Of a DNA stretch of 64,000 nt, positions 12,951 to 27,100 are shown piece after piece. Position 1 is the first letter of the stretch. Each line of letters begins with the position of its first letter. The DNA lies in assembly GCA_032718475.1 (NCBI GenBank), contig JAUCBJ010003734.1:103692-167691 (forward strand). Direction: 5' to 3'. This stretch comes from Nemertoderma westbladi (lineage: Eukaryota; Animalia; Xenacoelomorpha). Position numbers and translations under genes: made by a program. The notes below the pieces were generated by a model. The model ran no database searches, had not been told where the DNA came from, and saw nothing but the letters and a program-made list of their open reading frames with translations.

Positions 12951-14207
12951 TTGGCGAACGCCCCGGTTGAGTATGAAATTAAGTATCCGGCACTTCTGCC
13001 AGGAACGTCTACACTAGCTAAGCTGCTAGTTCAACAATGTCATGAGGAAAACCATCATGTGGGCCAAAACTGGATCATGGGCAATATACGTCAACGATAC
13101 TGGATCACCCACATCCATGCGCTAATTCGGGAAGTGTTGAAACGGTGTTTCCCTTGTAGGAGATTTCTGTCGCCACCACTCACCCAAAGAATGGCCGATT
13201 TACCGGCCAAGCGACTCCAATCCGACTCGCCGCCATTCTACGTAACTGGCGTAGACTGCTTCGGACCATTTACAGTCATAGAGCGACGATCAAACATTAA
13301 ATGTTGCGGGGCCATCTTTACATGTCTACGGTCAAGGGTGATCTACCTGGATCTTGTAGTGAATCTCACGCAGCACGCATTCATCAATGCCCTGCGTCGG
13401 TTCGTGGCGAATAATGGTTCGTGCCAGCACATGTACTCGGACAACAGAACAAACTTCGTGGGAGGAGAAAGGGAATTAAGAGAGTCTATCGACGGATGGT
13501 TCACTAACGAAACCGCGTCACATGTCTGGAAGGAGCACCACATCCAGTGGCACTTCCAGACACCCTTAGCACCCCATACGAGCGGGGTATGGGAAAAGCT
13601 CATTGACTTGGTTAAACGGTCCATTCGGATCGCGTTAGGGGATACCTGGGTTACTCACGATATCTTACGCACCATATTCTGTGAAATCACGGCTACCTTA
13701 AACAACTGGCCAATAGTTCCCATCCATGACGTCCCAACCGATCTGGAGCCCCTCACACCCAACCATCTCCTTGGTAGACCCAAGACTCACATACTCCCGG
13801 ATGCTATATTCCCGGATCCCAAAGACATCGCGAAACACACAAGTTGGAAGAAAGCCCAAGCGCTGGCAGCGCATTGGTGGAGGATTTGGGCCCAGGAGTA
13901 TCTCATAACGTTACGAACAAGGAGAAAAAAATGGAATAACACGTACTGGATTATCGCAGTTGGCGATATGGTACTCGTCAAAGAAGACCTTAAAGACCGC
14001 GTGCACTGGCCTGTGGTGCGTGTCGTGGAAATATTCCCTAGTATAGACGGACTTGCAAGAACGGTGACAATACGAATGGCAAAGGGCCACTACCAACGCC
14101 CTATCCAGAGGCTTTGCCTTCTCGAAGGCAATGACAGCGGTGACTCCACGAGAGGTGATAAGTTTCCTACTCTGGATCCTGCTGCGGACATTGGTGACAA
14201 TAACTAA
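12951..14207 (+). CDS. pol: BEL/Pao element 1: integrase part of pol, 5'-truncated
   Basis: HHCC zinc domain, GVDCFGP, SDN.TNFVG, GVWE, LTPNHLL, RPIQRLCLL (DUF5641-type C-terminus typical of Pao). Confidence 0.93.
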   Translation: MANAPVEYEIKYPALLPGTSTLAKLLVQQCHEENHHVGQNWIMGNIRQRYWITHIHALIREVLKRCFPCRRFLSPPLTQRMADLPAKRLQSDSPPFYVTGVDCFGPFTVIERRSNIKCCGAIFTCLRSRVIYLDLVVNLTQHAFINALRRFVANNGSCQHMYSDNRTNFVGGERELRESIDGWFTNETASHVWKEHHIQWHFQTPLAPHTSGVWEKLIDLVKRSIRIALGDTWVTHDILRTIFCEITATLNNWPIVPIHDVPTDLEPLTPNHLLGRPKTHILPDAIFPDPKDIAKHTSWKKAQALAAHWWRIWAQEYLITLRTRRKKWNNTYWIIAVGDMVLVKEDLKDRVHWPVVRVVEIFPSIDGLARTVTIRMAKGHYQRPIQRLCLLEGNDSGDSTRGDKFPTLDPAADIGDNN

Positions 14208-14481
14208 CCCGTTTAACCCTTCCCATCCTATTGACAAACTCTTTAAATGTGATTTACCGACAATAATTATGGACCCCCCTTAAACCAACTGTAACCACGC
14301 ATGGTATTTGTGTTTCCTCGTGTGTTATGTGGAGTCCAGCGTCACCCTGCAGATGTTTCGACTAACACAGGGTAGTTTATGTTTTGTTCACCCTGATTTT
14401 GGTCATCAGGACCAACTACCTTAGATTATCGGAAATGGGAAAGTTTCGAAGTGGAATTCATTGTATCCATTGCTCGATTGC

Positions 14482-14972
14482 GTTATTCTGGTGGGTTCAT
14501 GGTGCATTCCACATGACTTCGTCAATAGAGACTTTATGTTCCTCAGCCACGTTATTCTGGTGGGTCCCTGGTGCATTACACCTGAATTCGTCGGCTGAGC
14601 TTTATGTTTCTGGGAGTGTTATTCTCATGGGTCCCTGGTGCATTCCACGTGACTTCACTTCCAGCGTTCTATTCATCGTCCGTTATGTGTGCAGTTTGGG
14701 GTGTAAGCGGTGTAACGAGTCCAGCTGTTGATACCAGACTGCCGCGTAATAACCCCTCCACAACAAAGAATTCCCAAGAAGATGGTCGAAAGTAGTACGA
14801 AACGATGAAAGGAAACAGATATCTCTACTATAAACTGAATGATGATGTGTACTATTATGATGATGATAATGTGAAAATGCGCATCCCTGGTGTCTTGCAC
14901 TTATAACTGAATGGTGCACGTAATATTATGATAATGTGATAATGCACATCCCTGGTGTCTTGCGCTTATAAC
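14482..14972 (+). repeat. Degenerate 66-68 bp repeats in the region 3' of BEL1 pol
   Basis: gttattctggtgggtccctggtgcatt three times (about 14482, 14551, 14618); gcatccctggtgtcttgc.cttataac twice. Confidence 0.75.
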
Positions 14973-15351
14973 CCAATGATGATTGCCGGGGGGCTATAAA
15001 CCTGATGAAATGTGAAATAAATGATGAAATGTGAAATAAATGATGAAATGTGAAATTAAATGAAATGGAATGTGAAATGAATAAAATGTAGAAAAGAAAA
15101 AGAAGAAAAAAAATGGGATAAAAAAGTTAAAAAAGAAACGGACATAAAAAGTAAAAAACAAGAAAAAACTGGTTGGATAATAATGAATAGCTATAGTAAC
15201 TGTAAATGCTGAATTTAGCACCAAGAAGATGATAGATACCTATACAACAGTAATATTACCTATATTAAGTAGCAAGAAAAACAATTCTGTAGTCGCTATA
15301 GAATTCAGACTTTCTAGATTTATAATTAACTGTAGTGACTGATTGACCCTT

Positions 15352-18300
15352 GGTGGGATAAATATTTCTCCATTTGACGCAACACCGCCGCGGCCGCTAT
15401 GAGGGAGGTGAATACCGCGGCCGCTCCTAAAGCCGCAGGCCATCGCTAACTATATAGGTTAACTTGGGATTCTGGGGGACTTTTCGATGAAGGAACTGAC
15501 CAAATTTTTTTATTTTCTCACCAGGGGAGCGGCTCGGAATTCTAAGATATTAGCAACTCTAACATTATTAAATCGAACCCTTTGACGGACAAGGCGGACA
15601 AAAAACCGTCATTTTTTCGACAATTTTAAAATTTTTTTGAAAGGCGCTCTACAGTGGCTCGAAAAAACCCTAGGTTATTGCTTAGCCGACGCCGGGATAC
15701 GATAGAAGGGATTAATTAGTGAATTCGTTTTTTTTTTCAAAAAAGATTACCACGCCTTTTTTCCGAAAATGTCCGTCAAAGTTGAAAAAACGGACAAAAT
15801 GACTTTGCGGGATCCGCTATAACTCGGCTAATATTAATCGTACGGGGACAAAAGTAACGTGGTTGGAAAGGGGAAGAGTGGTACTACCTTCGTATCGAAT
15901 GGGGGTAAGATATTTATTAAAATTTCGGGTGGAAAAAGGGGCTGTAAATTTGTACGTTTCTGTCCGTCTTTTTTGGAAAACTTATTTCCGAAAAGTTTAA
16001 TTCGACAACGCGGGTAGGAATCCACTAATTCTTTTATGAAACTCGTAGAAGACCATTGGGGCTACGTTCCTATCGAATGGGGGTACAAAAAATATGTCGG
16101 CAATAGGGACCAAAAAGGGCCAGAATTTGTAAAGTAGTTTTTATCGAATAATTTTTTATTTTTAACTTTAGTTGGTTACGGTACATTCTATACAATCAAT
16201 ATCTATACGGCGAATTCAAATATGCTATCGGTTTTGCTCCAAGGATGATATTAAAAAAATGAGGGCCAAAATTATAATTTCGCGCTTCAAACTTGCTTCG
16301 CGGGAAATCGTCTAGCTCGAAAACTACTTAACTTACGGGAGATTTGTTTACACAGACTTATAGTGCGTTAAATTATGTATCTAACAGCGTTAATCACAGC
16401 GCCGGAGGTATTATAAAACTGGAGCGGCAGGCGATCGTGAGAAATATAATATTTATAAAAAGGGACGAAAAATTTTTTTTTTAACAAATCGCTATTCCAT
16501 TATAATTTAGCGTATTGCGCCAAAAGTACCTGTAAAATGTAGCAAATTAACTCCGCTATCTTTTATCTTAACATATATAATTAAAATTACGAATTTTAAG
16601 GGTCGAAAAATATCGCGTTATTTTGGCCCTTTTTTTTAATTTTTTTAGGGCCAAAAATAACCCCTTCTCAAAAGATTAAGAAAAAAATTACGGCAAAGAA
16701 TATACCAATTTTATTGAATTTGGACCATCAGAACCGAAGTTAGGGCGATTTTAGTGAAAAAATAAAAATAATTTTTTTTGCAAAAAAATTAAGAATGGTC
16801 AGGTCAATATTGGATTTCGAACCCGCGAACTTAGGTTTCCTTAACGTGATTGATAACCACTAGACTATGTGAGCAAGTGAATTTGAAATTTTCGAGTGAC
16901 TATTTTTAAACATAAATAACTTCGGTTCTACAGGGCCGTTTAATCTGAAACTTTTTTCATTGGATAGAGAATAGATCGTAGTGTGTGAAATAGGATAAAA
17001 CTTGGGAAAAGACTTATGTGCACTTAGTGCAAAATGCACTTAAATAGTGAACATTTTTTCGATATTTCAAACACTATTATTTCCAGTTCTATTCATCGTA
17101 GAATGTTATTTTTTGGATTAAAATGTAGTTTGGAATGATTTCTAACTATAATCGTAACATTTGTGTAACTTTTTATGTCTATAAAGTGACTTAAAATGTC
17201 CATGAATATGGTCCAAAATCGCAAATCCAGATTTATTAAATTGGATTTTTGACACTTTTAGTGACTGACACTTGATCATACACCATCGTAGATCGGTAGA
17301 GGATAAACATAAGTTTCTTAAATAAGAGCCACCATTACGATCTGCTAAAGTGCATTTGTACAAATAAGTGTGCAAAAGTGCAAATTTTTTAATAAGGTCA
17401 AATTATATAGTATTGGGTTCTTTTCTTTGCAGATACTTTATTTTCATATTGATATGTTGTTTGAACCTTACTGAGCGCATTAGGGGATATGCGTACAAAT
17501 AACCGGCCCTTATGAAGCTTCGATTGGGTAAATTAATAAAACATAAGGTTGTATAGTATAATATTCTAAAAACCAGTGTGATATTAAATGCACTTTAAAT
17601 AATAAATAGAGATCAAACAACAAATGGACCACACAATTAAAAACTCGCACAATTTTGTACTTATTATATCGCTTCAAATTAATTCAACAGTGGATATTTG
17701 GGGGAAGGGGGAAGTTACAGTGTGCATTCGGGGGAAGTTTGGTGAACTGCATTTATGCAGTGAATCCAAACTTCCCCCTTTGATATATCATATACTTAAG
17801 ACATGCTAGGGTGACGGGGAAATATTTGTTACTGTCACACTTTGCTTCCATTTATCCTATCCTTTATTATTACCCCAGTCAGATAAGAGATAATAAATCA
17901 GTAAAAACTAAACTAAACTGTCTTTCATGCAAACAAATTTCTAACTAAAGACGGGTGAATGACCATGACCATGGAAATAATTTTAAATATAATTGTATAT
18001 CAACTATTTGGGGAGGCTTCCAAGTTAAACCCGAAAACAATTATTTTGTTACATAGTAAATAACGTTGTATGTTCTTCTTCCTCTCATAATAAAATATAA
18101 ATGACATATCTCAGATAGCTATGCCCTGTAACATTTCACAACCAAAATATTTAAGTGTGAAAAGTGTAGGCCTACCACACTCCGCCCAAACAACCGCAAA
18201 CGCATAGCCAACAAATTTAACAAAAGGTTACATACATGTTGGGTTCATGACGAGATGAGTGAAAATTGATCGCGTAATATAAAGTAAAAAATTAAGAGAC

Positions 18301-18375
18301 GGGCTGGCTCTCCTCCACTTTCTTACCCAATGGATATGTTGTTGTAATAATCTAATATTGGGGCGGCTTTCTCTC
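15352..18375. mobile_element. Unclassified 3.0-kb non-coding insertion in the Gypsy 5' LTR
   Basis: Absent from the 3' LTR; no TIR or TSD seen; AT-rich with a tRNA-like A/B box module at about 16800-16875 (minus). Confidence 0.7.
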
Positions 18376-18527
18376 GTTCACTGATTGACCCTTATGAATA
18401 TTGTGTAACTCTTAGTTGTGTTATATAGCTATATAGGAAAGCAGTTTACAGGTGACGGTTTAGTTACAGTAACTTGTTTGATTGTATATTTTGTTCGACA
18501 TTGATTATTATATGTGGCAGTCTACAC

Positions 18528-18547
18528 TGGTGTCAGAAGTGGGATTC
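18528..18547 (+). promoter_or_regulatory. Primer binding site complementary to a tRNA-Leu 3' end
   Basis: TGGTGTCAGAAGTGGGATTC one base after the LTR end. Confidence 0.85.
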
Positions 18548-18602
18548 ATGATCAATATCAATTTACCAGCCGAAGAACAAATTATCAACATTCACAACCA
18601 GA

Positions 18603-19615
18603 ATGGAAGACAATAAGCCAGACAAACTATTAATACAAACGCATTTTGAAGTTCCACCAAAGTTAGCAAATGAGGACCGCGAATCTATCGAAAATTTCTT
18701 TCGCGATTTCCGCCTGGCTTGCACCGTAAATGGCTGGGTTGATCAAGAGGGAATTCGTCGTTTACCTGCTTATGTTCCTTACAAGATTCGTGTTCTCTTG
18801 GATACCAGTCTTCCCAGTTTCGATGACATCGAAGTAAATCTATATACAAAGCTATGGCCAGGAAATGCAATTAGATTTGTGATGCGACGAGCATTTAAAG
18901 CTAAACAACAGCCAGGCGAATCTGTTCTCGCTTATTATGCCTCTATTTCAGACATTTGTAAGAACGCATTTGCTGGTATTGCAGTAACCCATAGGAATAA
19001 TTTAGCAGTTTCTGTCTTTGTTGCTGGTCTACGTGACGAATTGCGGGAGAAACTTAAATTGAAGGATCCATGAAATTTAGAGAGTGCCTTCTCTCTTGCG
19101 CAAAATGAGGAATTGAAGTCATCATATAAGCAATCTCCATCAATATCGTCTTCGTCTGTGGCAGATAATGAATACCTTAACTATGAAGATGAGGTTGATG
19201 CTGTTAGGTTTTCTGGCGCAAATGCTCAGATACGTGAGTCAATCCTCTGCTACTGTTGTCAAGGTCGTGGCCATATACAACGAGATTGTCCTTCAAAAAC
19301 CCAACAACTAAAACAAGGCTATAGACATCAGGCCACTGAGGGAATGCGGCAAAATATGTGACCACCACGGTTTCAACAACCTCGTTATCAATATTTTCGA
19401 GCACCCCATATTCAACACTTCCAAAATCCAACAAATTATCGCGCTAGTGTTGCACCAGTTACAGAACAGGCATTTAATAATACGATGGAACAATCAATCA
19501 ATGGTTTCCAGTACGCTCAAGATTATAACCAGTATCAACCAGCTACGACTGACGCTAACTACATTTCGGATTCTATGCAACAATCTTCTGCGGTTGATTT
19601 AAACTTCCAACAACA
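18603..19615 (+). pseudogene. gag: Gypsy gag, interrupted by stop and frameshift
   Basis: KQQPGESVLAY...FVAGLR capsid motif; CYCCQGRGHIQRDC knuckle. Confidence 0.88.
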
Positions 19616-22407
19616 GTGATGGTGGGCCACACCACTGTTGCTGTGATAGCCCATGAGAGAACTCAAGGTCGATTCTTTGTTAAAGGAACTATCAATGGGC
19701 AGATTTGCGAGATACTGATGGACTCTGGTGCATCCTCTACAATTCTGCACTCTTCATTAGTTACTGAAAATCAGTTCATCTTAAAAACTGCGAATGGTGT
19801 ACCCCTTAATGTTCGAGGTCGTTGTCAAATTCCAATTCAAATAGGCACTTCTAAGGCCGATGTAAACGTTTTCGTGGCCACAGATTCGGCTCATCCATGC
19901 ATTCTTGGGGTCAATGGACTACGTGCTCTAAATGTAACACTAAAATTTTCGGATAGTATTCCTTCTTCTCTTTCAGTAAATGATAAAGTTGTCACATTAA
20001 ATTTAATCGAGAAATGTACTATAAATAGAGATGTTCCCAGGGAACATTTAGAAACATTTTACTTTCTAACAAAGGAATATAATGGTTTGTTTGAACCACC
20101 ACTTGGGCGTACAAACCTTGTGGAACATCACATAAAAACTAAATCTGAGATACCAATATTTCAGAGGCCATACCATGTTCCTTTGGCTAAAAGAGATCTC
20201 CTAGAGTCTAATATTAAAGATATGCTGGATAAGGATATTATCACTCCTTCTTCCTCACCATATTCATCACCTTTGGTTATTGTTAAGAAGCCTGATGGAA
20301 ACGACAGAGTGTGCGTAGATTTCCGTGCACTGAATGCTGTAACAGAGAAAGATGCATTTCCATTACCACGAATTTCTGATTTATTAGATAAACTATACGG
20401 AGCGAAATATTTTTCATCAATAGATTTGGCATCTGGATTTTGGCAGATACCTCTTGCCTCAGATGATAGACATAAAACTGCGTTTTCGTGTAGTCTTGGC
20501 CATTTTGAATTTGTTGTCATGGCCTTTGGTCTAAATAATGCCCTACCAACATTCCAAAGATTAATGAGTAATTTATTTGGTGACATGTCATGCGTTGTTT
20601 TCTACATGGACAACATCTATGTGGTCACAACGGAACTAAAGCAAAATTTAGAGATACTTCGTGAAGTTTTCCGCCGATTAAAAGTTGCAAAATTAAAACT
20701 CCAGCCAAAAAAATGTTCATTTTTACAGAGAAGAGTTGAATTTTTGGGATTCATTGTTGATGAGGACGTCGTACATCCAAGTGAGTCAAAGATAATTGCT
20801 GTTAAGAACATGATAGCGCCAACAAATGTTTCTGAAGTGAGAAAATTTCTGGGTTTGGTCAATACCTATAGACAATTTATAAGGAACTTTAACCTTATTG
20901 CTGAACCATTGTATGAACTTACACGGAAACAAGTCCCATTTGTTTGGAGTGATGAACAGGAATTTTCATTCGAAAGTTTAAAGGAAGCCTTAATTAGTGC
21001 CCCAGTTCTTGTACACCCTAAAGTTGGTGAACCATTCTTTGTCCATTGCGATGCATCTAATCTTGGAGTTGGTGCCGTCATAAGTCAAACAGATAATGCT
21101 GGTTTGTTTCACCCAATAGCATTTGCAAGTAGGAATCTTACTACAAGTGAAAAGAACTATTCCACAATAGAAAAGGAAGCATTGGCAGTTATATTCGCAT
21201 TGGAACGATTCCAGTCTTATACTTATGGCGCTGAAGTACATGTCTTGTCTGATCATGCTCCATTACAATGGCTAATTAATAATAAAACTGCAACTGGTAG
21301 ACTTGCTCGTTGGCAACTACGACTTCTAGAGTTTGAAGGATTAAAATCTATCAAACACGAAAAGGGGTCTTCTAATCAAGTGGCAGATGCGCTTTCTAGG
21401 TTGCCTAGTAATTGTTCATATATGGATGTGTTTGTGCTTGATGAGAGTGAAAATGGGGGATTAAAACAACTTTCGAAAGAGGAACTCATTCAGCTTCAAG
21501 AAGCTGACAGCGAATTTGACAGAATTAATTATTGATTCACTAAAACGGTTGAAGGGATATACACTTATAAATCCAGGTTATTTGTGCCCAAAGGACTTCG
21601 TTCTAAAGTTGTCAAATCTGTTCATGGTTACAATAGTGCTCACCTGGGTTATGAGAAAACGTTATCATTATTACAACGGGAATGCTATTGGCCAAATATG
21701 GATAAGGAGTTAAAGACTTACTTAAAAAATTGTGATGTCAGTCTTCGCGCAAGGTTTTACCACCAGCACCGATGCCACTGCAATCCCTACCTGAGGTTAC
21801 AAGACCTTATGAGCGGGTTGCTATGGATTTCTGTGGCCCCTTCCCAAAGTCTTCTACTGGAAACACTCATTTGCTTGTTGTCGTAGATCATTTCTCTCGG
21901 TTTCTAGATGTGTTCGCAGTAGGAAACACAACTTCAACAACTGTCATTGGATGTTTAATGAAATTGATTAGAAAATGTCAAAAGCCCCTAGAAATAAAAA
22001 CCATATTGACAGATCAAGGACGATGCTTTATTTCAAATGAGTTTAAAAACTTTTGTCGTCAACAGAAAATCAACAATACAGTAACCAGTCCATACCACCC
22101 TCAGTGTGATGGTATGGCAGAGAGGTTGGTCAGAACCATAAAGGACCACATTAGAGCGCAATTAGTAGAAACTAAAGATGGTACTCAAACTTCATGGGAC
22201 TGTCATATTGATTCATTTGTTTCTACTTACAATCACTCTGTACATAAAAGTCTAGGTTTATCTCCAATGGATGTGGTAAATCAAGTTCACTCACCTATAC
22301 CAGCTCTATCCTGGTTGGGAATTATAAATGATAAACCGATTAATCAAGTTAAACTAGATAATGTTATCCACAAAACGCGAATCTTTCGTCGCAGACAACA
22401 CGAATAT
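19616..22407 (+). pseudogene. pol: Gypsy pol (PR, RT, RNase H, IN), frameshifted; RT motif reads YMDN instead of YxDD
   Basis: LMDSGAS; SPYSSP..VKK; RVCVDFRALN; CDAS; YSTIEKE; MDFCGPFP; TDQG; PQCDGMAER. Confidence 0.95.
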
Positions 22408-24145
22408 TGTAAAGTCCAGTAGTATACCGCTTACCGGATCCTGGTAACGATGTATCTTACTGTAAGATCTAGTAATGTATACGGGCTCGTACAGTATCTG
22501 ACAACAAATCCCAGTCCAGGGTATCTAAACAAACAGATACAATACACAAACGACTACTGGCGAGGAGCAGAGCCTAGTGTCTATTCTATGTACGTAAGCA
22601 GGTCTAATGCCTACGAACTAGACAAAAGGAAACCTGTCCTCTAACCGGTATGGCAGATGTACAGTTACAGTAACAGACCAAACTCACAGGAAAACAATCC
22701 CCACGCAGCGAATCCTAACTATCGCTGACAGTCCTAAGTACCGTAACTTGCCACGGTGTGATTTATATGGTTTATATACGAGCTAGTGGGTTAACAGACC
22801 TAGCGTAACAATACTGATCCCCCTGTACGAAATCAGTCTAAAGAGGGTCGTGCCTAATGTAACAATACCACTGCTCTGACAAAACAACAGTTTAATAACG
22901 AAATAAAATACTCCTTCTTGCCATAACTAAATATCAGATCCTAATTTTACAAATACCAAAAGTAAGTTACAGATAAATTCTGCCTAAAAGTAATCTAAAG
23001 TGCGCTATAACTAGTAGAACTCTAAGGGTAAATATGTTTTAGGGCGTGTGTGTGTGGGTGTGTTACAATAAAACAATTTTGGTGTATATCATTTTACTAG
23101 GTTTTAGTGATTTTCTGACCAAAACAATACCATGCGCTAGCTACGAAAATAAGCTAGTCGCGTTTTGTAGAACTTTATACTTACAAATGACATCAAGCTC
23201 TCTCCTTCCTATCCACAACTCAACCGGGCAATTACGGTGTTAGTAACTACACCCGTGATCGGCACAAATACCAGATTCTGGTTGTAAGATAAGAAATAGG
23301 CGTTAATTGCTACCGTACATTAGCTGATCTGGTATACAAATTTGATTCTAGAACTTTGTTGCCGCGGTGGTTAGCAGCAATACCTATCAGTACGTAGCAA
23401 GGCACGGTAGGATATTAATAAACCTCCCTAGGCCAAGCGGTGTGCCGGTAGCAGAAATACTCCTTGCCTGATCAAATAACTAAAGTTCAGACAGAAGGGG
23501 GGGGGGGGGGGGTACTAATGTATGTTCTACAAAGCGAACCGGTACCAAACGGTCAGTACTACGAATCACTAAATTATGGAACATATGCTGTCCGTACCTA
23601 ATGTGTACTCGCGTACTGATGAACGGCAATAGTTCGCACCTGTGAGGTATACAGGTAACCCAGGGATTCGTACTACTGATGGGGGGGGGGGGGGTCTGCC
23701 TAGAATATAGTTATTTGATCCTAAATTTGCGGCATCCCAGGACGGCGTCACGCTTACCCTGATCTATAGGTCTTACGTCGGGCACGGGCGTCAAACAAAG
23801 TCTTACCTTTCTCATAAAGCGGGCGCTGCATAGCAAGGCGGAGTATTTCGAAGGGCGAAGGGGGTGCGCGGTCTAAGCTAATGTGGGCGCTAGCGTGTTG
23901 TGGACATCATTTCCCTGCGTTGCTGACGGCCTAACGGTCTAGGCGGCCATCTTCCCAATGCTTGGTTGTCCCAAAGTTGGACGTTCAGAAAAGTGCATGT
24001 TCAGAAGTTTATAGTATATTTACAGTTTACAAAACTTTATCAAACAGAATTGCCAAATAGTTTCAACAAGAAACATAATAAACTAAGTTTTAATGAAGTG
24101 ATAACTAGTGATAAGTCAAGTTTGAGACAAGTGAAGTAAGTGATA

Positions 24146-27100
24146 CTACTACTACTACTACTAGGTCGAGCGAACTCGGACAGTGGAAATGAGATCCTTC
24201 CAGGCTTCCCGATTCTCCATAGTTGTCGCAATTTCGTTTCTCCCAAGTTCAGTATCCCTTTCAAGTTGATCTATATATGTTATGGCAGGTCGTCCACGAC
24301 TACGCTTTCCATGAGTTGGTTGCCAGAAAAGTAGATCTGGTATGACCTCGTCTTTACTTCGCCAGCAGTGCCCACTGAATCTTAATCTGCGTTCACGGAG
24401 GGTGGTTGATACAGGTGGTATTGTACCATAAAGCTCGGCGTTTGTCATGTGTTGTCTCCAGCTGATGTTTAGGGCTGCCCTTAGTAGTCTTGTGTAGCAA
24501 CCATCAATTCGTTGTTCAAGTGATTTAGTCAGTGTCCAGGTCTCACCCCCGTATAAAAATACACTTTCCACTGTGGCTCGAGAGAACTTGGTCTTCAGGT
24601 GCCTGGAGAGATCTGATTTCCAGATGGTATCCATTTTTGATAGAGCTACCCAAGCCTTTGCTTTCCTAACTTCTATGTCCTTTTTGCTACTCTCTATCCA
24701 CGATCCAAGGTACTGGAAGTCATCTACCTTCCTAAGTTGATTATTATCAATGGTTGTCAAGTTTCCATCAACATTAAATGTCATGAATTCGGTCTTGGTA
24801 GCATTTATATGCAATCCAACCTCCTTAGCAGCCCTCTCCACTTTATTTAGTAGAAGCTGTGCATCTGCTAGCGTATTAGAGAGCAGGGCGATGTCATCCG
24901 CAAAGTCGGTGTCTGTGACTGTAGTTGCCGGATATCTACTACTTCTGCGTTCTTGAAGTGTGAATCCCAGATCTTCACCCTTTGTGGCCATCCTCATTGC
25001 GTAATCCAGCACATTACAAATAGTAATGGTGCTAATGTGTCACCTTGCAGTACGCCAGCCAGGATTGAGAAAAACTCAGTTTCACCATCTGGTGAGAGTA
25101 CCTGCGCTTCTGTGTCACAATATAACAATCCAATGCCAGCAACAATTACTTCTGGTATTCCATAAGCTCTTAGGATTTCAAGCATTTTACCTCTATGGAT
25201 GGAGTCGAATGCCTTCTTGAAGTCCACAAAAGTCATGACTGTGGGGAGATTCTTTGACTTAATTCCTTCATGATTGAAGGAATTAAGTCAAAGAATCTCC
25301 CCGCAGTCATGACTTTTGTGGACTTCAAGAAGGCATTCGACTCCATCCATAGAGGTAAAATGCCGTCGCTCTCCGTAGTGCAAGTATCTGAGCTATTGTT
25401 GATCTACTTGGTCGAAATCCGTTTTGGCTCTTACGCAGTAGTTTCTCTATGCGAGGCCTAATCCTATATAGAATCATTTTATTGTATATTTTGGCAGCTA
25501 CCACAAGCAGACAGATCCCACGATAGTTAGTTGGTATGCCGAGGTCTCCTTTCTTGGGGAGAGGCTTTAGTTGACCTTTAGTCCAAATTGGTGGTGGCTT
25601 TTCCCCTTTTAACATCCGGTTGCAAACATTCAATAATGGTCTATTTAGCACTCCGGTTTTCCATACCTCCGCTGGGATTTCATCTAATCCACTCGCTTTA
25701 TTATTGGACATGCTTTTAATGCTTCTTTGGAGTTCGGCAGGTGTGAAGTCCCCTGTTTCTATAGGTAGTGTCTTGTCATATATTTTCCTTGTAGGGCTGA
25801 CCTCGATGTTTGGTGGCTGCCCAAGCAAGTTGCTGAAGTGATTTTTCCACTTCCCAACACGTTCTTCAGGACTATCGGCTTTGAGGCGCCCCTTTGCACA
25901 ACTTTTCCGACCAGATACCTCATTTACAGTTTGCCAGGTAAGTCTTGATTGTTGCTGTATGTGAGCAGTTGTAATTGCTTCAGTTTTATCCTGTATGTAC
26001 TTTTCCTGGCTGATGTTGTAGGCCAATTTAAGATCGTCCTTAGCTTTCTCAACCTTGTTAATGTTTTTGGTTGTTGGATGTTCGGTTTTAACTTTGTAGG
26101 CTATCTTAAGATCTTCTCTCTTACAAGTAACCTCAGAGTTTTGCCATGGCACATACTGTTTTCGTTTAGGTTTCTGGGGGATATGCCTCTTAGCTGATTC
26201 CTTGTGGGCTGTTATTATATTCTGGTATATTGAATCGGTGGATTGGTCTTCATCCATTGACTGAAGTGCTTCAAAGCGGTTTTGAACTTCTACTGTATAA
26301 GCATCTTTTACAGCATTGTCAGTTCTGAGTTTCTCCCAGTCATAGTTGATTTGCTTGCTTGTTCTGGGTTTGCTGGCTCTCAAACTGAGTCTGATCTCTG
26401 CAGTCACAATTCTGTGGTCCGAACCAATTAGGTTGAACGAGCTGTATGCCTCGCAGTTGATCATGCTATTTCTCCACTTTTTGTTTATAAGGATGTAATC
26501 CAGTTGTGCTTTGGTTCCATTAGGGTATTGAAAGGTCCATAGCTTCCCCTTACTCTTTTCGAATGTGTTGTTTGTTGGTATCAATTCACATTCTTCCATT
26601 AGGTCTCAGAGTAAGTACCCATTTCTGTTAGAACTGGTGTTATAGGTGTAACCCTTGATGTCTTCTGGGCCAATTTGTGCATTCAGGTCACCAGCAATGA
26701 CTTTAACATTGTGTTTCGGGATGTCCTTAATAAGTCCAGTCAGTTCTTCATAAAACTTGATTGCTTGTTCTGGCTCTGATGCATTGGTTGGACTGTAGCA
26801 ACATATAACTATTGTCTTGGGATTCCCATCAAATGTTGCGATCATAACCCTGGAATTTATAGATTCGATGTTGTTTAGGGTCTTAAGTGCAAATGGGCTT
26901 AACAGAATTCCTACTCCACCAATTGATGCATTGGCCGAGTTTCTTACTGCTGAGCTTGTTACTAACGTCCATCCATTTCCAATGTCATTGTACTTCATGG
27001 CAGTGTCTTCATGACAAATCCGATGTTCTTGGATGCAGATGATGTCGATGTTATATTCCATTGCCAGAGCGACCATGTCACCCTGTTTGCTCTGTGCTTT

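Noticed and set aside
20161-21256. Antisense ORFs over Gypsy, BEL and RTE pol genes
   Set aside because: Shadow frames of real coding sequence.
23615-23640. CTGATGA as a hammerhead core (also at 15002)
   Set aside because: No stem II-GAAA-stem III arrangement follows.
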